Part shown: piece by piece, positions 1 to 10,095 of the stretch
Numbering within the stretch: the stretch's first letter is position 1
Layout of the letters: each line of letters begins with the position of its first letter
Source of the DNA: an uncultured virus (IMG/VR IMGVR_UViG_3300034272_003223)
Lineage: Duplodnaviria; Heunggongvirae; Uroviricota; Caudoviricetes
DNA length: 62,806 bases
Direction: 5' to 3' (one strand)
IMG/VR virus record: IMGVR_UViG_3300034272_003223
The notes under the pieces: generated by a model
Told to the model about the DNA's origin: nothing
Seen by the model: the letters and a program-made list of their open reading frames with translations, nothing else
Database searches by the model: none
Program-made: the position numbers and the translations under genes

Positions 1-836
1 AGATCCAGCTTCTCAGAATCAGTTAGTTTATCGAAATTAGGAACCTTGGTGTGAATTTTAAAGATATAAGAACCTTTATTTTGTGTGCCAGTTGACATTC
101 CTCTACCAGGAATAGTTATTCTAATGTCATTAAATGACTTAGCTTTGATTGACTTTATTTTAAAATTGGTTCCAGAAACTGAAGTAAAAATAAAATTTTC
201 AATATTAATTAGTTCATCGAGACTTACTTCTCGATTATCAATAATATTACCTGATACATCAAGAGAAACTCCAGCGGGTAATACAATATCCAATAAAACA
301 TACAAATTGCCAATAAATGCACGGTTAAACATGCTTCCACCTCCAAGTTTTCCATGATTTCCCATATTTTGAAAGGTTAATCTGGAAAAGGCCTTATTGC
401 CATCGAATATTAATTGGTGTTTAGTTGTATCTGGGTTAAGATCAACACTAAATCTAATTGGAGAAGATTCTCCCTTTTTTGTGTAAGTAACCTCAATAGT
501 TTTTCCAATTAACAAATCTTTAAGATCGATTTTTTGGTTAACAACAATGTCTAGATTAAGACCCCAGTTTTGAGTAAAAATATCTTCAGCAGCAAAGCCG
601 CCAAACATGTCTCTAAGATCTTCAAAGGTTGATCCAGCTGATCCACCTCGATCGTAGTTTTTACGTTTTTCCGAATCTCCTAATACACCATAAGCCTCAG
701 CGATTTCCTTAAATTTGGATTCGCCGTCTGGATTTTTATCAGGGTGATATTTTACAACAAGCTTTCGGTAAGCCTTTTTAATATCTTCCTGACTGCATCC
801 ACGCTCTACTTCTAGTATATTATAATAGTCTTTCAC
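1..836 (-). CDS. dnaJ: DnaJ-class co-chaperone (3' end runs off the window; absent from the ORF track)
   Basis: Manual translation from GTG at 836: [54 protein letters not shown]. This is a J-domain with the HPD motif, followed by a G/F-rich segment. Confidence 0.92.
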   Translation of the reverse strand, partial: MKDYYNILEVERGCSQEDIKKAYRKLVVKYHPDKNPDGESKFKEIAEAYGVLGDSEKRKNYDRGGSAGSTFEDLRDMFGGFAAEDIFTQNWGLNLDIVVNQKIDLKDLLIGKTIEVTYTKKGESSPIRFSVDLNPDTTKHQLIFDGNKAFSRLTFQNMGNHGKLGGGSMFNRAFIGNLYVLLDIVLPAGVSLDVSGNIIDNREVSLDELINIENFIFTSVSGTNFKIKSIKAKSFNDIRITIPGRGMSTGTQNKGSYIFKIHTKVPNFDKLTDSEKLD

Positions 837-855
837 TATAATTAATATACCTAAA

Positions 856-1656
856 TTAGTAGCCTACTGTAACGGTTTTTGATAAAATGTTAGGTTCCAG
901 TGCAGCAAGTACACCGGCATTTAGTCCTGGTGTTGCTGGAAGTTTTCCATCCACTGCGCTGGCTAGACTTTTTAGGGCAGTCATTACCGCATTACCCATA
1001 ACTGCAGGTTCAGTTGATGAGCTGTGACCAAGTCGAGTAAAATCACCATTTAGCCATACTTGGCTTGATGTGACTCTAACTTCTGATGTTGCATTAATAT
1101 CAACAGTTGAATTTGCTATAATATTAATAGTTGGACCCTCTAATTCAATAATAGATTGGGTTTCTTTATGTTCAATTGTTATCTTGGAATCTTGTGCAAT
1201 ATTAATTCTAGATGACTTATTTTCAAAAGTAAGGCCCTTTCCAACGGTAAACCATAATTTAAGCGCTTCGTCTCCATCCCATAAAATAAAATGGGATCCT
1301 AAATATTCGCCGTCCTTTTTAAGTTCTTCTTGAAGGTCTTTTGCAAGTTCTTGTAATTGTTCGTATTCTGGGCTATAGATATCTCCTTGGTCAAATCTCA
1401 CTACAACGAGTGCACCATTTTTTGGTATTGAAATACTAGCCGCGCCCTCTTTTCCAAAGAATGTAGATTTTGTTCCTGGATTAGCCCATGGAATATCTTC
1501 AATCGCAAGGGAATCGAATAGTCCATGTACCCTAACTCGACAGCGTCCTTCTTTCAATGGATCATTTACGTCAACAACAGTTCCCATATATCTCTTAATA
1601 AGATACTCAATTGAACTATCATCAGATCTATTAATATCGGTGTTACGGTTTAACAT
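856..1656 (-). CDS. gp5: Baseplate hub/spike protein, T4 gp5 / VgrG N-terminal OB-fold type
   Basis: [23 protein letters not shown]...IPWANP matches the gp5 OB-fold start; beta-helix-like C-terminal half; no lysozyme domain seen. Confidence 0.85.
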   Translation of the reverse strand: MLNRNTDINRSDDSSIEYLIKRYMGTVVDVNDPLKEGRCRVRVHGLFDSLAIEDIPWANPGTKSTFFGKEGAASISIPKNGALVVVRFDQGDIYSPEYEQLQELAKDLQEELKKDGEYLGSHFILWDGDEALKLWFTVGKGLTFENKSSRINIAQDSKITIEHKETQSIIELEGPTINIIANSTVDINATSEVRVTSSQVWLNGDFTRLGHSSSTEPAVMGNAVMTALKSLASAVDGKLPATPGLNAGVLAALEPNILSKTVTVGY

Positions 1657-3368
1657 TATGACTTATATGGGTTTTGGCTAGTTATTTTACCTCCTTGTTT
1701 TCTTTGGTTTACAATTGATGAAACTGTAGAATCGCCTGGAAAAACATCAAACCTAATAGATCCAGTAGATTTAGTTGTATTATTTACAAAAACATCGGTC
1801 TTAATTGGCGATGCATATTGAGAAGACTTTCCAGGAAAAATATCATTCTTAATTGGCGGAGCCTTTCTATTATCAGCGCCAGTAAATTCATCTCTTGTAA
1901 TTTTTGGAGCCTTACGGTTATCTGTTCCAGTAAACATGTCCACGTTTATTGGTAAGGCTGTCCTAATATCGGTTCCTTCAAAAACATCGCTATTCAGTGG
2001 AGTTACTCGACGTCCATTAACCACGTCTTCAACTGATATGCTTGGCCCATATGGATTTATTTTAAGACCATTTTCTCCTAGGAAATTATTAACACCACTT
2101 TCAAAATTCTGCTGTACTCCTTGTAGAGCATCATTTAACAATCTCTGTGGAGTACCTAAAACATTAGCAAGCTTATTTTTTGCTGCGGTTAATACTCTAG
2201 TAACTCCTCCAGTAAATGGCCCAAGGTTAAGTGCTCCATTAAGGGCGCTAGTAATAGACGTAGTTACAAATGAATTTGGTTCTCCTAGTGATGCAAAACC
2301 AAATGACTGATCACCAAAATGGGTCGCAGGTAAAACTCGTTTAATTTTAATCTTAAATTGTGGTTGAAAACTTGAATCGCTTACGCTAGATTTTACTCCA
2401 GATGAATAGCTGTCAAGAAATCCAGAAAAATCAAAGGTGCAACCTACACATCTAAATCCAATTCCACCGAAATTAATTTGTGCACTAAATGTGTCATCAT
2501 AAAAAGCATTTGGTCCAAATCCTAATCCAATATTAATTCCGCTAGTATCTACTCCACTTTTTAGAAATCTTAAATCCATTAAGTATAAATCCATTGAAAA
2601 TTGTTCAAGGTTATGCGGTAAAATCTTTCTATTATTAAATGAATCCCAAGAAAGCATTTTATAGTAGTGAGCAAGTTTAGTTATTCTTAAGTCAACACTT
2701 TCTTCACACTTTATTGTAATTACCGACTCTGCTACGCTATGCTTATATGACGCATCCCATAAAGAGTTAAGACCATCTATTTCTTTAAATGTCCATGGAG
2801 ATTGTGTTAAAATTAGATTTAGTAAATTTTTAAATTCTGCTAAATAATAACCTCTATTAATATCAGTGACATCTGGTTTAATTCCATCAATTGTTGAGTT
2901 TGCTCGGTTCTTTAGTGGAACGCTGTTTGACCATTTTTCTTCATAATCATCATCTAGCGTTTCATTTCCAAAGTGGTTTAGATATTGAATTGCACTAGCT
3001 TCGCTTGGATCACTTGCTAATTTTGTAAAGTTTTTTCCATCGTTTCTAATGGCCATCGATCCGGTTTCAACGTTAAGTGAACCTTCTTCTGGGAAATAGA
3101 AAAGAGGGTTTGCTCGCAATCCAGTAAAAGGATTTTCAATATCTTTTGCTTCGGAATTAGTTGAATGTATATCAATATAGAAACCAAAGTAAGTTGGATC
3201 TTCATTTCCAACACTTTCTGTTCTACCGTTTCTAAATGCATAAATTATATTAGGTAGCTCATTGGTTCTTTTGTCAAATATTGAGGAGATTGCTGCCCCA
3301 TACTTATTACTATTAGAGCTATTTCCGCTTAGCGCATTCTGGATTCCTGATAAAGCATCACTTGGCAT
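1656..3368 (-). CDS. Putative tail/baseplate structural protein with C-terminal 16-aa repeats
   Basis: 570-aa ORF inside the baseplate operon; repeats of the form D-x-F-x-G-x-D-x-R...P-I near the C-terminus. Confidence 0.5.
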   Translation of the reverse strand: MPSDALSGIQNALSGNSSNSNKYGAAISSIFDKRTNELPNIIYAFRNGRTESVGNEDPTYFGFYIDIHSTNSEAKDIENPFTGLRANPLFYFPEEGSLNVETGSMAIRNDGKNFTKLASDPSEASAIQYLNHFGNETLDDDYEEKWSNSVPLKNRANSTIDGIKPDVTDINRGYYLAEFKNLLNLILTQSPWTFKEIDGLNSLWDASYKHSVAESVITIKCEESVDLRITKLAHYYKMLSWDSFNNRKILPHNLEQFSMDLYLMDLRFLKSGVDTSGINIGLGFGPNAFYDDTFSAQINFGGIGFRCVGCTFDFSGFLDSYSSGVKSSVSDSSFQPQFKIKIKRVLPATHFGDQSFGFASLGEPNSFVTTSITSALNGALNLGPFTGGVTRVLTAAKNKLANVLGTPQRLLNDALQGVQQNFESGVNNFLGENGLKINPYGPSISVEDVVNGRRVTPLNSDVFEGTDIRTALPINVDMFTGTDNRKAPKITRDEFTGADNRKAPPIKNDIFPGKSSQYASPIKTDVFVNNTTKSTGSIRFDVFPGDSTVSSIVNQRKQGGKITSQNPYKS

Positions 3369-3370
3369 AA

Positions 3371-4927
3371 TTATGCATTAATATTTTTTAATCTTTCAGT
3401 TTCTAAATAAGAATCTGGTTTTACGTCTAGCCACTCTCTTTTTGCTAATACTAAAGTAGTTGACATTTTTGTATTGTCTAATTCCGAAAGTGCATCGTAT
3501 TCATATATTACGTCCTTTACATAATACAACCCTGACAAATAATAGTCATACGACTCTTGTGTAGTTGCTTCTGCTCCAGGGACCTCTTTAATATTATCAT
3601 CAGTCTGCATATTTCTAGGATCGTCTGCACTCTTTAAATTTTTTATAACTACTCTAACCTTAACTCCACGAATAACATTTTGGTTCATACTAGGAATTTT
3701 TACAACCAAGTAATTTTTAGTTAATTCTGTTAAGTTGTGTAAATTTAGTAATTTAGCAAATTTATAGTTAGTATGACCATTGTTATAATCTATTCCCAGC
3801 CATCTTGCAGATTGTTCGCCTTCTGTAAAGTTGTTGAGCATAGGCTTTTGGTATAAAACTTGATTATTAACAACCTCTCTTTTACTTAATGGCTCGTGGT
3901 AAAAAGACAAATACTTACCAGTATTTAAGTATTCAGCTCGATCATGCCAGTTAATTTGTTTTTTATAGGCTTGAGTGGATAAAACTTCTCCGTGATTTGA
4001 ATACATTGAATATTCAACTATATTTAGAGCCGAACCTGATCTTTTTCTAGAACTATTTAGCTCAACATCAAAAAATTCATATTTTTTTTCCTTATTATCA
4101 GTTGTTGTTGTTGCGTCTAGGTTTGATAAGTTTGTTTGAGATGTTACATCTCCCGCAACAGCGTATTGGAATACTTTAGTTTCTGCACCCAATACCTTTT
4201 CAACATTAATAAAATTTAAAATATAGTTTACATCAATAAATGAAGTAAAAAAACTAGTTTCATTTTTATATGCACGATCAGTTATATTTTTAATAAAATT
4301 TGCAACAGTTGAATTTGGATTTATCCAAGTCATTTCATCATTAGTTGACTCTTCGTTGGTTGCAAATCCAAGTTTTAAATCAGTTGCAATCTTTTTAAGA
4401 GCATCAATTGACTTAAGTTTAGGTAAAGCTTTTATATTATCTCCATATAAACCTGGAATAAACAATGACCCAGTTATAGTGTAAATATTTTCTTGATTAC
4501 TTCCAGTATAAGTATTATTCGTTGGACTTCCAACAATAGATTCAACTAAATAATCTCCCCTAATCATTTTTGTTTCAGGGTTATTTGATTTAACATATAA
4601 CTTTAACAGTGGATTTCTTCTAGGAAAGTATCTTCCGCTAAATGCACCACTTTTATCAATAAAACTTAGAGTAATTTCAGGCAAAAATCCATTTTGGTAT
4701 ATGTTTAATGAGATAAAATCTCTCATCATTATACGATAATTATCAATTTCTGCATATGGAACAAGTGCACCAGCAACGTTTGCCACGTCTTGGCCAGCTT
4801 TTGATGAATCATTAGACTGTCCACCCGATTGATTATTAAATCCCTTTATATCAGGTATTGCAATTGTATTAATCACCAGGGTAGGCTGAAATACGGTCGA
4901 TAATGCGTTTGGATCAGTTGTTGCCAT
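3371..4927 (-). CDS. Putative baseplate hub protein (gp27-like)
   Basis: 518 aa between gp53-like and gp5-like genes; C-terminal YLSGLYYVKDVIYEY...TTLVLAKREW resembles the end of hub proteins. Confidence 0.6.
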   Translation of the reverse strand: MATTDPNALSTVFQPTLVINTIAIPDIKGFNNQSGGQSNDSSKAGQDVANVAGALVPYAEIDNYRIMMRDFISLNIYQNGFLPEITLSFIDKSGAFSGRYFPRRNPLLKLYVKSNNPETKMIRGDYLVESIVGSPTNNTYTGSNQENIYTITGSLFIPGLYGDNIKALPKLKSIDALKKIATDLKLGFATNEESTNDEMTWINPNSTVANFIKNITDRAYKNETSFFTSFIDVNYILNFINVEKVLGAETKVFQYAVAGDVTSQTNLSNLDATTTTDNKEKKYEFFDVELNSSRKRSGSALNIVEYSMYSNHGEVLSTQAYKKQINWHDRAEYLNTGKYLSFYHEPLSKREVVNNQVLYQKPMLNNFTEGEQSARWLGIDYNNGHTNYKFAKLLNLHNLTELTKNYLVVKIPSMNQNVIRGVKVRVVIKNLKSADDPRNMQTDDNIKEVPGAEATTQESYDYYLSGLYYVKDVIYEYDALSELDNTKMSTTLVLAKREWLDVKPDSYLETERLKNINA

Positions 4928-5496
4928 TATTGATTAAAGATTTTAGCTTCAATTAAAGTTTTTAATACCTTTGACCTTGAGATTGGAGTTGGGCAGTCTG
5001 CTTTATTAACATTAGTAACATCTGCTCCGAATATAATATTTCCATCTTTTATTCTTATATTCTGATCTTTAGGTAAGGTTACATTTGGTGCAACTTTAGA
5101 TGATGCTTTTTGCGTTAAATAATTAAGTCTAGATTTATCTGCAGTTGAAGCTGGAACAATATTTGGAATTGCTTTGATTGAGCCTTTGTCAATGATACTA
5201 AGCGCATTTTTAAAAAAATTTGCAGGATTTTTTGGTACAATCAATATTTGCCCTGCATAAATTGAAAATGGATTAGATATGCCATTATATTTACATAAAA
5301 CATCCAAATAGTTTGGATTATTATAATAATAATCTGAAATAATATCAGGTCTCATTTGTTCCTCTTCTGAAACAACGTGTTTCCATGAACTTAGGGTATC
5401 TACTGTAAAAAATGAAAATATATTTGCGCCCAATATTCTTTCTGTGAAACTACCAGTTTTAAGAGGTTTACCAATAAGAAGTCTTAAATTAATCAT
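4927..5496 (-). CDS. gp53: Baseplate wedge protein gp53-like (LysM-like)
   Basis: RPDIISDYYYNNPNYLDVLCKYNGISNPFSIYAGQILIVP motif. Confidence 0.75.
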   Translation of the reverse strand: MINLRLLIGKPLKTGSFTERILGANIFSFFTVDTLSSWKHVVSEEEQMRPDIISDYYYNNPNYLDVLCKYNGISNPFSIYAGQILIVPKNPANFFKNALSIIDKGSIKAIPNIVPASTADKSRLNYLTQKASSKVAPNVTLPKDQNIRIKDGNIIFGADVTNVNKADCPTPISRSKVLKTLIEAKIFNQ

Positions 5497-5513
5497 ATAA
5501 CAATTTTAATATT

Positions 5514-7409
5514 TTATGAACCTTGTGTTGTTGTAATTTGAGTTCCGTTATCTTGCGACCCAGTTGGCAGGTCCTTTGCTGCACTAGGAATGTAGAAATA
5601 TACATCATTAACTAGTGACTGGGTATCTGGTGTCCACATAGCTTCGCCCCATCTATTTTTAATCCAGGACTCTGCTCTAACCATATTTACATTGGTATTT
5701 GTTCCAGCCCCTTCCGTTGACCCGGCTGCTCTTCCTGTTTGATCGGTTGCTTGCGTGCCATATGTATTTAGTTGATCTTGGGTTGCACCAACTCGACTAT
5801 CAACATAATCCGTTCTACCAAGATCAAATGCTCTTCTAATATCTGCGCTATCTCTAGGTTTAGTTCTTTTAAGTGTAACTACAAATTTCATTTCAGTTGG
5901 AAAATCATTTGGTCCAAGTTCATCTCCAAACGTACATGATCCACCGGTTACAACAATATCTCCCATTTGCATAATAGGATTCATTGGATTTCCTATTGTT
6001 ATATGCCAGTTTCCGGTTGGCTGATTACCAACGGCTGATCTTCTTTGAACAAATGCTGGAAATGTTTCTCCAAGCGCTCTAGTAACAGCAATATTCATCG
6101 CTGTTTTGAGTGCTCCCGTATCTTTAACATTTTTAATATCGTTAAGACCTATTAGAGATCCTAATAAGTTTCCTCCAGCATCAATTGCTTCTCCACCTGC
6201 TTGTAGAGTAAAATCCAGTGCCGCATTAACTCTTGCCTTTGTAATTTGTGCAAGTGCATTAAATAATGCGTCTGGGTTAAATGCAGAGCCTTGCATAGAA
6301 TTAGAAATTAGGGCCTGTTCAGTTTTAGTTAAAGCTAATCCAACTTTTTTATAATAAACATTTAATACTTCTAACCAATCTCCATCTGAATATGTTAATT
6401 CGAGCATATTCGCTAAAATATCTAGGGCAACTCTTCGCTGATCTAATCCAAAGTATGAATCTGTTCTAAATTCAAATGTTAATGACATTTCATCATCAAA
6501 ATCTGGGGTCAATCCTCGACTTCTCATTAAAAATTGATTTTTAACGTTAACTGGTCCAAGTATTTGATTAAAGTATGCACCATTATCTGAATATAAGCCT
6601 TTGATAAAATCCTGTCTCTTTTGTTCAATCGATGATTTACCGGTTGACGTGGCAACCCTTTCAAAGTTATCCTTTAATTGTTTTTGATATCCACTTTGAC
6701 TTGGATTTAGATCCATATCTGATGCAGTTAGCGCAATGTCTAATACCGAATTAAATAGAGGGTTAACTTTATCTGCACCCGCATCAGTAAATACCTTTTT
6801 TAGAGATTGTCCGAAGTTAACAATTTCATTACCTTCAACATCCTTTTGATCAATTGATTTTTTGGTCCAAGGCATCGACCATTTATTTTGCCAAAATGAA
6901 TTAATATCATTACCTGTACCCTCGCCAAACCAAGTTACAGCTTGTGCAATTGGAATAAATCTTGCAGTGTTATTATTCTTTCTTCCAGGAATTGCAGTAT
7001 CATTAATTGCAACTGGATATTTTCTAAGAGTAATCATTCGATTATTTGATACAACTCCATATAATTTACAAAAAATAAAGTCACTCCATGAATATGGGGC
7101 TGACCATAACGTAAATTCACTAGCTAGAGTAGGTAGGTTTTTACCCCAATCGATAATTGAAGCAGCTGTTGGATTTGAATATTGCTTTCTAGTTGCGGCA
7201 TTTACCAGACTTCTGGCTTTAACATAAGTATCTTCTTTGATTTCTGCAACACCGCCAGTATATTTAAAAACATACCATGGGCTAAATAGAGAATAGTCCC
7301 TGCCTCCAGCAACAATGGACCCAGTAATGGGGTCTACCTGTAAAAATTCCTTTTTGGCAGAATCTTCGGCTGAAAGATCAGCTACACTTGGTAAAGCATC
7401 AGTTGGCAT
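5514..7409 (-). CDS. Putative baseplate/tail-tube-initiator-like structural protein
   Basis: 631-aa first gene of the baseplate operon; C-terminal WHITIGNPMNPIMQMGDIVV...DFPTEMKFVVTLK is tube-fold-like (inference). Confidence 0.45.
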   Translation of the reverse strand: MPTDALPSVADLSAEDSAKKEFLQVDPITGSIVAGGRDYSLFSPWYVFKYTGGVAEIKEDTYVKARSLVNAATRKQYSNPTAASIIDWGKNLPTLASEFTLWSAPYSWSDFIFCKLYGVVSNNRMITLRKYPVAINDTAIPGRKNNNTARFIPIAQAVTWFGEGTGNDINSFWQNKWSMPWTKKSIDQKDVEGNEIVNFGQSLKKVFTDAGADKVNPLFNSVLDIALTASDMDLNPSQSGYQKQLKDNFERVATSTGKSSIEQKRQDFIKGLYSDNGAYFNQILGPVNVKNQFLMRSRGLTPDFDDEMSLTFEFRTDSYFGLDQRRVALDILANMLELTYSDGDWLEVLNVYYKKVGLALTKTEQALISNSMQGSAFNPDALFNALAQITKARVNAALDFTLQAGGEAIDAGGNLLGSLIGLNDIKNVKDTGALKTAMNIAVTRALGETFPAFVQRRSAVGNQPTGNWHITIGNPMNPIMQMGDIVVTGGSCTFGDELGPNDFPTEMKFVVTLKRTKPRDSADIRRAFDLGRTDYVDSRVGATQDQLNTYGTQATDQTGRAAGSTEGAGTNTNVNMVRAESWIKNRWGEAMWTPDTQSLVNDVYFYIPSAAKDLPTGSQDNGTQITTTQGS

Positions 7410-7473
7410 TAATCACAATCTTTTTTATTATCTATTTGTGATAACGCTAGCGTTCGTAGTGGAGAGTAATGGA

Positions 7474-8193
7474 TTATCCGTGGAATGGATCGAGATCTGG
7501 ATTAGGAATCATTTTCCAGCGTCTTTCTAGATTTGCACCTTGACCCCGTGCAAGTTGAATTTCTTGTGAATTGTGTTTAATTACCTCTAGTGCATTAATA
7601 TAATCTCCAGCATCAACTAAATCTTGCACCATTTCGGCATCATCATCAGATAATAAGACTCTATAAACTACTGGATGACGCTGCTCATTAAAACGACAAC
7701 GCATTATCATCATGCTTAGTTGGCCATTGTATTCTTTCATTACACTTTTTCTAGTTGGAGCAGTTTCATCTGCTAAACCTAAATCGTGAATTCTGTCTAA
7801 TTGATCTAAATAGGTATGATCAATATTTTCTTTATTAAAAGACTCAATTCCATGACAATCTGCAATTCCAAAATACCAACTAGCAGATTCGGTTGATTCA
7901 TTAATGAAAGAAGAAAATCGTAATACTTTATTTTCTGCAAGTGGTTCATTTGCATCAATAAGGTCTAAATCTGCATCACGAAGATCATAAATTTCGTCAA
8001 ATGTTGTTTCTTCGAATTTAATTGGCTCTTCTAGATCAACCATGTATAAAGTTTGATCTGGAGCATAGTCTAATTTATAAACTTTTCCAATAGTTACAAT
8101 TTTATTATCAATTGGTGCGCCAACAAGATTAAGACGATCCATTGTGTCTTTGGATAATCTAAGTTTAACTCTATCTCCGATTTCGAATGCCAT
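7474..8193 (-). CDS. Hypothetical protein with internal capsid-targeting-like motif
   Basis: 239-aa ORF; internal ENKVLRFSSFINES. Confidence 0.6.
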   Translation of the reverse strand: MAFEIGDRVKLRLSKDTMDRLNLVGAPIDNKIVTIGKVYKLDYAPDQTLYMVDLEEPIKFEETTFDEIYDLRDADLDLIDANEPLAENKVLRFSSFINESTESASWYFGIADCHGIESFNKENIDHTYLDQLDRIHDLGLADETAPTRKSVMKEYNGQLSMMIMRCRFNEQRHPVVYRVLLSDDDAEMVQDLVDAGDYINALEVIKHNSQEIQLARGQGANLERRWKMIPNPDLDPFHG

Positions 8194-8194
8194 T

Positions 8195-8461
8195 TTACGA
8201 TTTGTAGATTTTTACAACCAAATTACCATCGCCTTTAATTAGTCTATGATAATCGTGCTTTTTAATATTTATTTTGGAGTTTTTAGTTAACTCGATCGGC
8301 AGTTGATTATCTAATTGTATCTTCCAATTAGAGCCTTCAATTAATTCGAGGTCACGGTCTTCATCATCTCTATGCCATAATAGTTCAATTGGATCTACCG
8401 CTTGGGTGAATTCTCGTATAACCCAGTTATCGCCAGATGCAATATCTTTGTATGGATGCAT
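8195..8461 (-). CDS. Small cupin-like hypothetical protein
   Basis: LLWHRDDEDR...HDYHRLIKG His motifs; start moved to MHPYKD to avoid overlap. Confidence 0.5.
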   Translation of the reverse strand: MHPYKDIASGDNWVIREFTQAVDPIELLWHRDDEDRDLELIEGSNWKIQLDNQLPIELTKNSKINIKKHDYHRLIKGDGNLVVKIYKS

Positions 8462-8462
8462 G

Positions 8463-8945
8463 TTATTTAGTCTTTTTGACATCCGCCCAAGATTTACTTG
8501 GACTTGCCGCATTTACTCTAGCCATTGCCCATTGATGAGCAGTCATTCCTGGTCTGGAACCAGAAGAGTAAAATGCACCTAGACCTTTAGTGTATTCTCG
8601 TTTTAAATCGGCAAAGGAATAACCCTTTTTATTAGCAACTGCTCTAATCTTAGCCAAAGTCTCTTTACTAAGGTTAGAAGATTTTTTCTTGCTAGCTTCA
8701 GTTACCTTTGAATCTGGTCTTGGTGTATTTTTCCAACCAGATTTCTTTCTTTCGGCTGCCTCCATCTCATCTCTAAGTTTATAGGCAGCATCCCTTTTAC
8801 CTTTATCTAGTAATTGTTTAGCCTTATCTAGTTTTTTATCTCTAGAACTGCCTTCTGGGGCTTTGTATTGTGCTGGATTTTCAGAAGTTGACTTTTTCTC
8901 AAGTAAACTTATGTATTCACTAAAAGGTTTTACGTACATATTCAT
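8463..8945 (-). CDS. DUF5824-like basic protein with N-terminal capsid-targeting-like motif
   Basis: KGLGAFYSSGSRPGMTAHQWAMARVN motif; N-terminal YVKPFSEYISLLE; start refined to ATG 8945. Confidence 0.6.
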   Translation of the reverse strand: MNMYVKPFSEYISLLEKKSTSENPAQYKAPEGSSRDKKLDKAKQLLDKGKRDAAYKLRDEMEAAERKKSGWKNTPRPDSKVTEASKKKSSNLSKETLAKIRAVANKKGYSFADLKREYTKGLGAFYSSGSRPGMTAHQWAMARVNAASPSKSWADVKKTK

Positions 8946-8949
8946 ATAA

Positions 8950-9477
8950 TTACCAGTAGCCTGGATAAGTTTTACCGCCCCATAGGTGAGCATATCTATT
9001 AATTCTGCATGCCCAATATCCAGCTTTAGTTTTGTCTTTCTTTAGGTGGCATTGGTGTCTAGCAGCAAAACTTGCTCTAGCTTTAGGATTACTAACCTTT
9101 GCTGTAAGTCCACCATGAATATCACCAAATGCAATTTTCATTACTCGACCAGTCTTAGGATTCTTTACGTAAACATGATATTTCTTAGCGCCTCCTCTGC
9201 GTGGATAGTTAAGGTCTACGTCCTTTCCTTTATAATCCGCTTCATTAATTTCTTCAATTGGAAAATCCAATGGAACCGGTTCCCCTGCATATTCGGCAAT
9301 AAATCCTAAATCAGTTTTTATGAATAACTCTTCTGTAATTGGATCAAGAGTTACTCCATTTTCAAAATAAAACCTAGCCTCAGTCAATAACGAAATATGT
9401 GCATCGCTGCCAGGTCTAAAAACCGACTCAGCGATACACATATTTTCATTTAAATGATATTGTAGGTTAGGCGACAT
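8950..9477 (-). CDS. Conserved T4-like-phage hypothetical protein
   Basis: KKYHVYVKNPKTG...FGD...ARASFAARHQC...AGYWACR basic domain after an acidic leader ending EINEA. Confidence 0.55.
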   Translation of the reverse strand: MSPNLQYHLNENMCIAESVFRPGSDAHISLLTEARFYFENGVTLDPITEELFIKTDLGFIAEYAGEPVPLDFPIEEINEADYKGKDVDLNYPRRGGAKKYHVYVKNPKTGRVMKIAFGDIHGGLTAKVSNPKARASFAARHQCHLKKDKTKAGYWACRINRYAHLWGGKTYPGYW

Positions 9478-9480
9478 TAA

Positions 9481-9693
9481 TTATTCTGCTTCTTTAGTCT
9501 CAACTACGGCTTCTACTGCAGCTTCTACTGCTTCAGCCGCTTCTTTTGCTACTTTCTCAGCTGCCTTTTGTGCGTCTTTTGCTGCTTTTTCGGCTGCCTT
9601 AACTGCTTTTTCTACGTCCTTTGTGATAACTGCTGGCGTAACAACTGCAGTTCTAAATCCTCTAGCCATTGCTAAATCTGATGCTTGTCCCAT
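9481..9693 (-). CDS. Small Ala/Glu/Lys-rich coiled-coil protein
   Basis: 70-aa ORF, co-oriented with its neighbours. Confidence 0.55.
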   Translation of the reverse strand: MGQASDLAMARGFRTAVVTPAVITKDVEKAVKAAEKAAKDAQKAAEKVAKEAAEAVEAAVEAVVETKEAE

Positions 9694-9741
9694 GATTAAA
9701 TTTATTAATTTTTTATTTTAATTGGCTTTTGGCCATTGTTT

Positions 9742-10095
9742 TTAGTTTTCTTCTCTAAAGTCAGTAAGAAGTTCAGTCTCTTTTGAGTCTTCTACTTCAT
9801 TCATTAAAAAGTTAAGAACCTCTTCAACGTCATCCTTTGATGTTGCAATATGGTCAGCCGCCCATGCATGTCCATTAGATAAGATTGAGTCAACTTTAGC
9901 CTCATCCATTTCCAATAAAATGTCAACTAGACGCTTAATTGTTTTAAGATTTCCGAAAAACATATAGTTTTCATATTCTGCTCCATGGGAATCTTCCTCA
10001 CTATGAGAAATTTCTGGTTCGTTGTTAAATGGTTGAATTTGATTTGGTTCAAAATCATCATTAGCAAATGCTTCGAATGTTTTAATAGTTTTCAT
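9742..10095 (-). CDS. Acidic hypothetical protein with N-terminal capsid-targeting-like motif
   Basis: MKTIKTFEAFAN start. Confidence 0.6.
   Translation of the reverse strand: MKTIKTFEAFANDDFEPNQIQPFNNEPEISHSEEDSHGAEYENYMFFGNLKTIKRLVDILLEMDEAKVDSILSNGHAWAADHIATSKDDVEEVLNFLMNEVEDSKETELLTDFREEN

Noticed and set aside
85..357. Plus-strand ORF, and similar antisense ORFs at 1070, 1936, 6106, 6862, 9046, 13077, 20743, 28107, 32364, 39373, 39795, 47075 and 57475
   Set aside because: They are shadows on the opposite strand of well-supported genes or tRNAs, with no motifs of their own.
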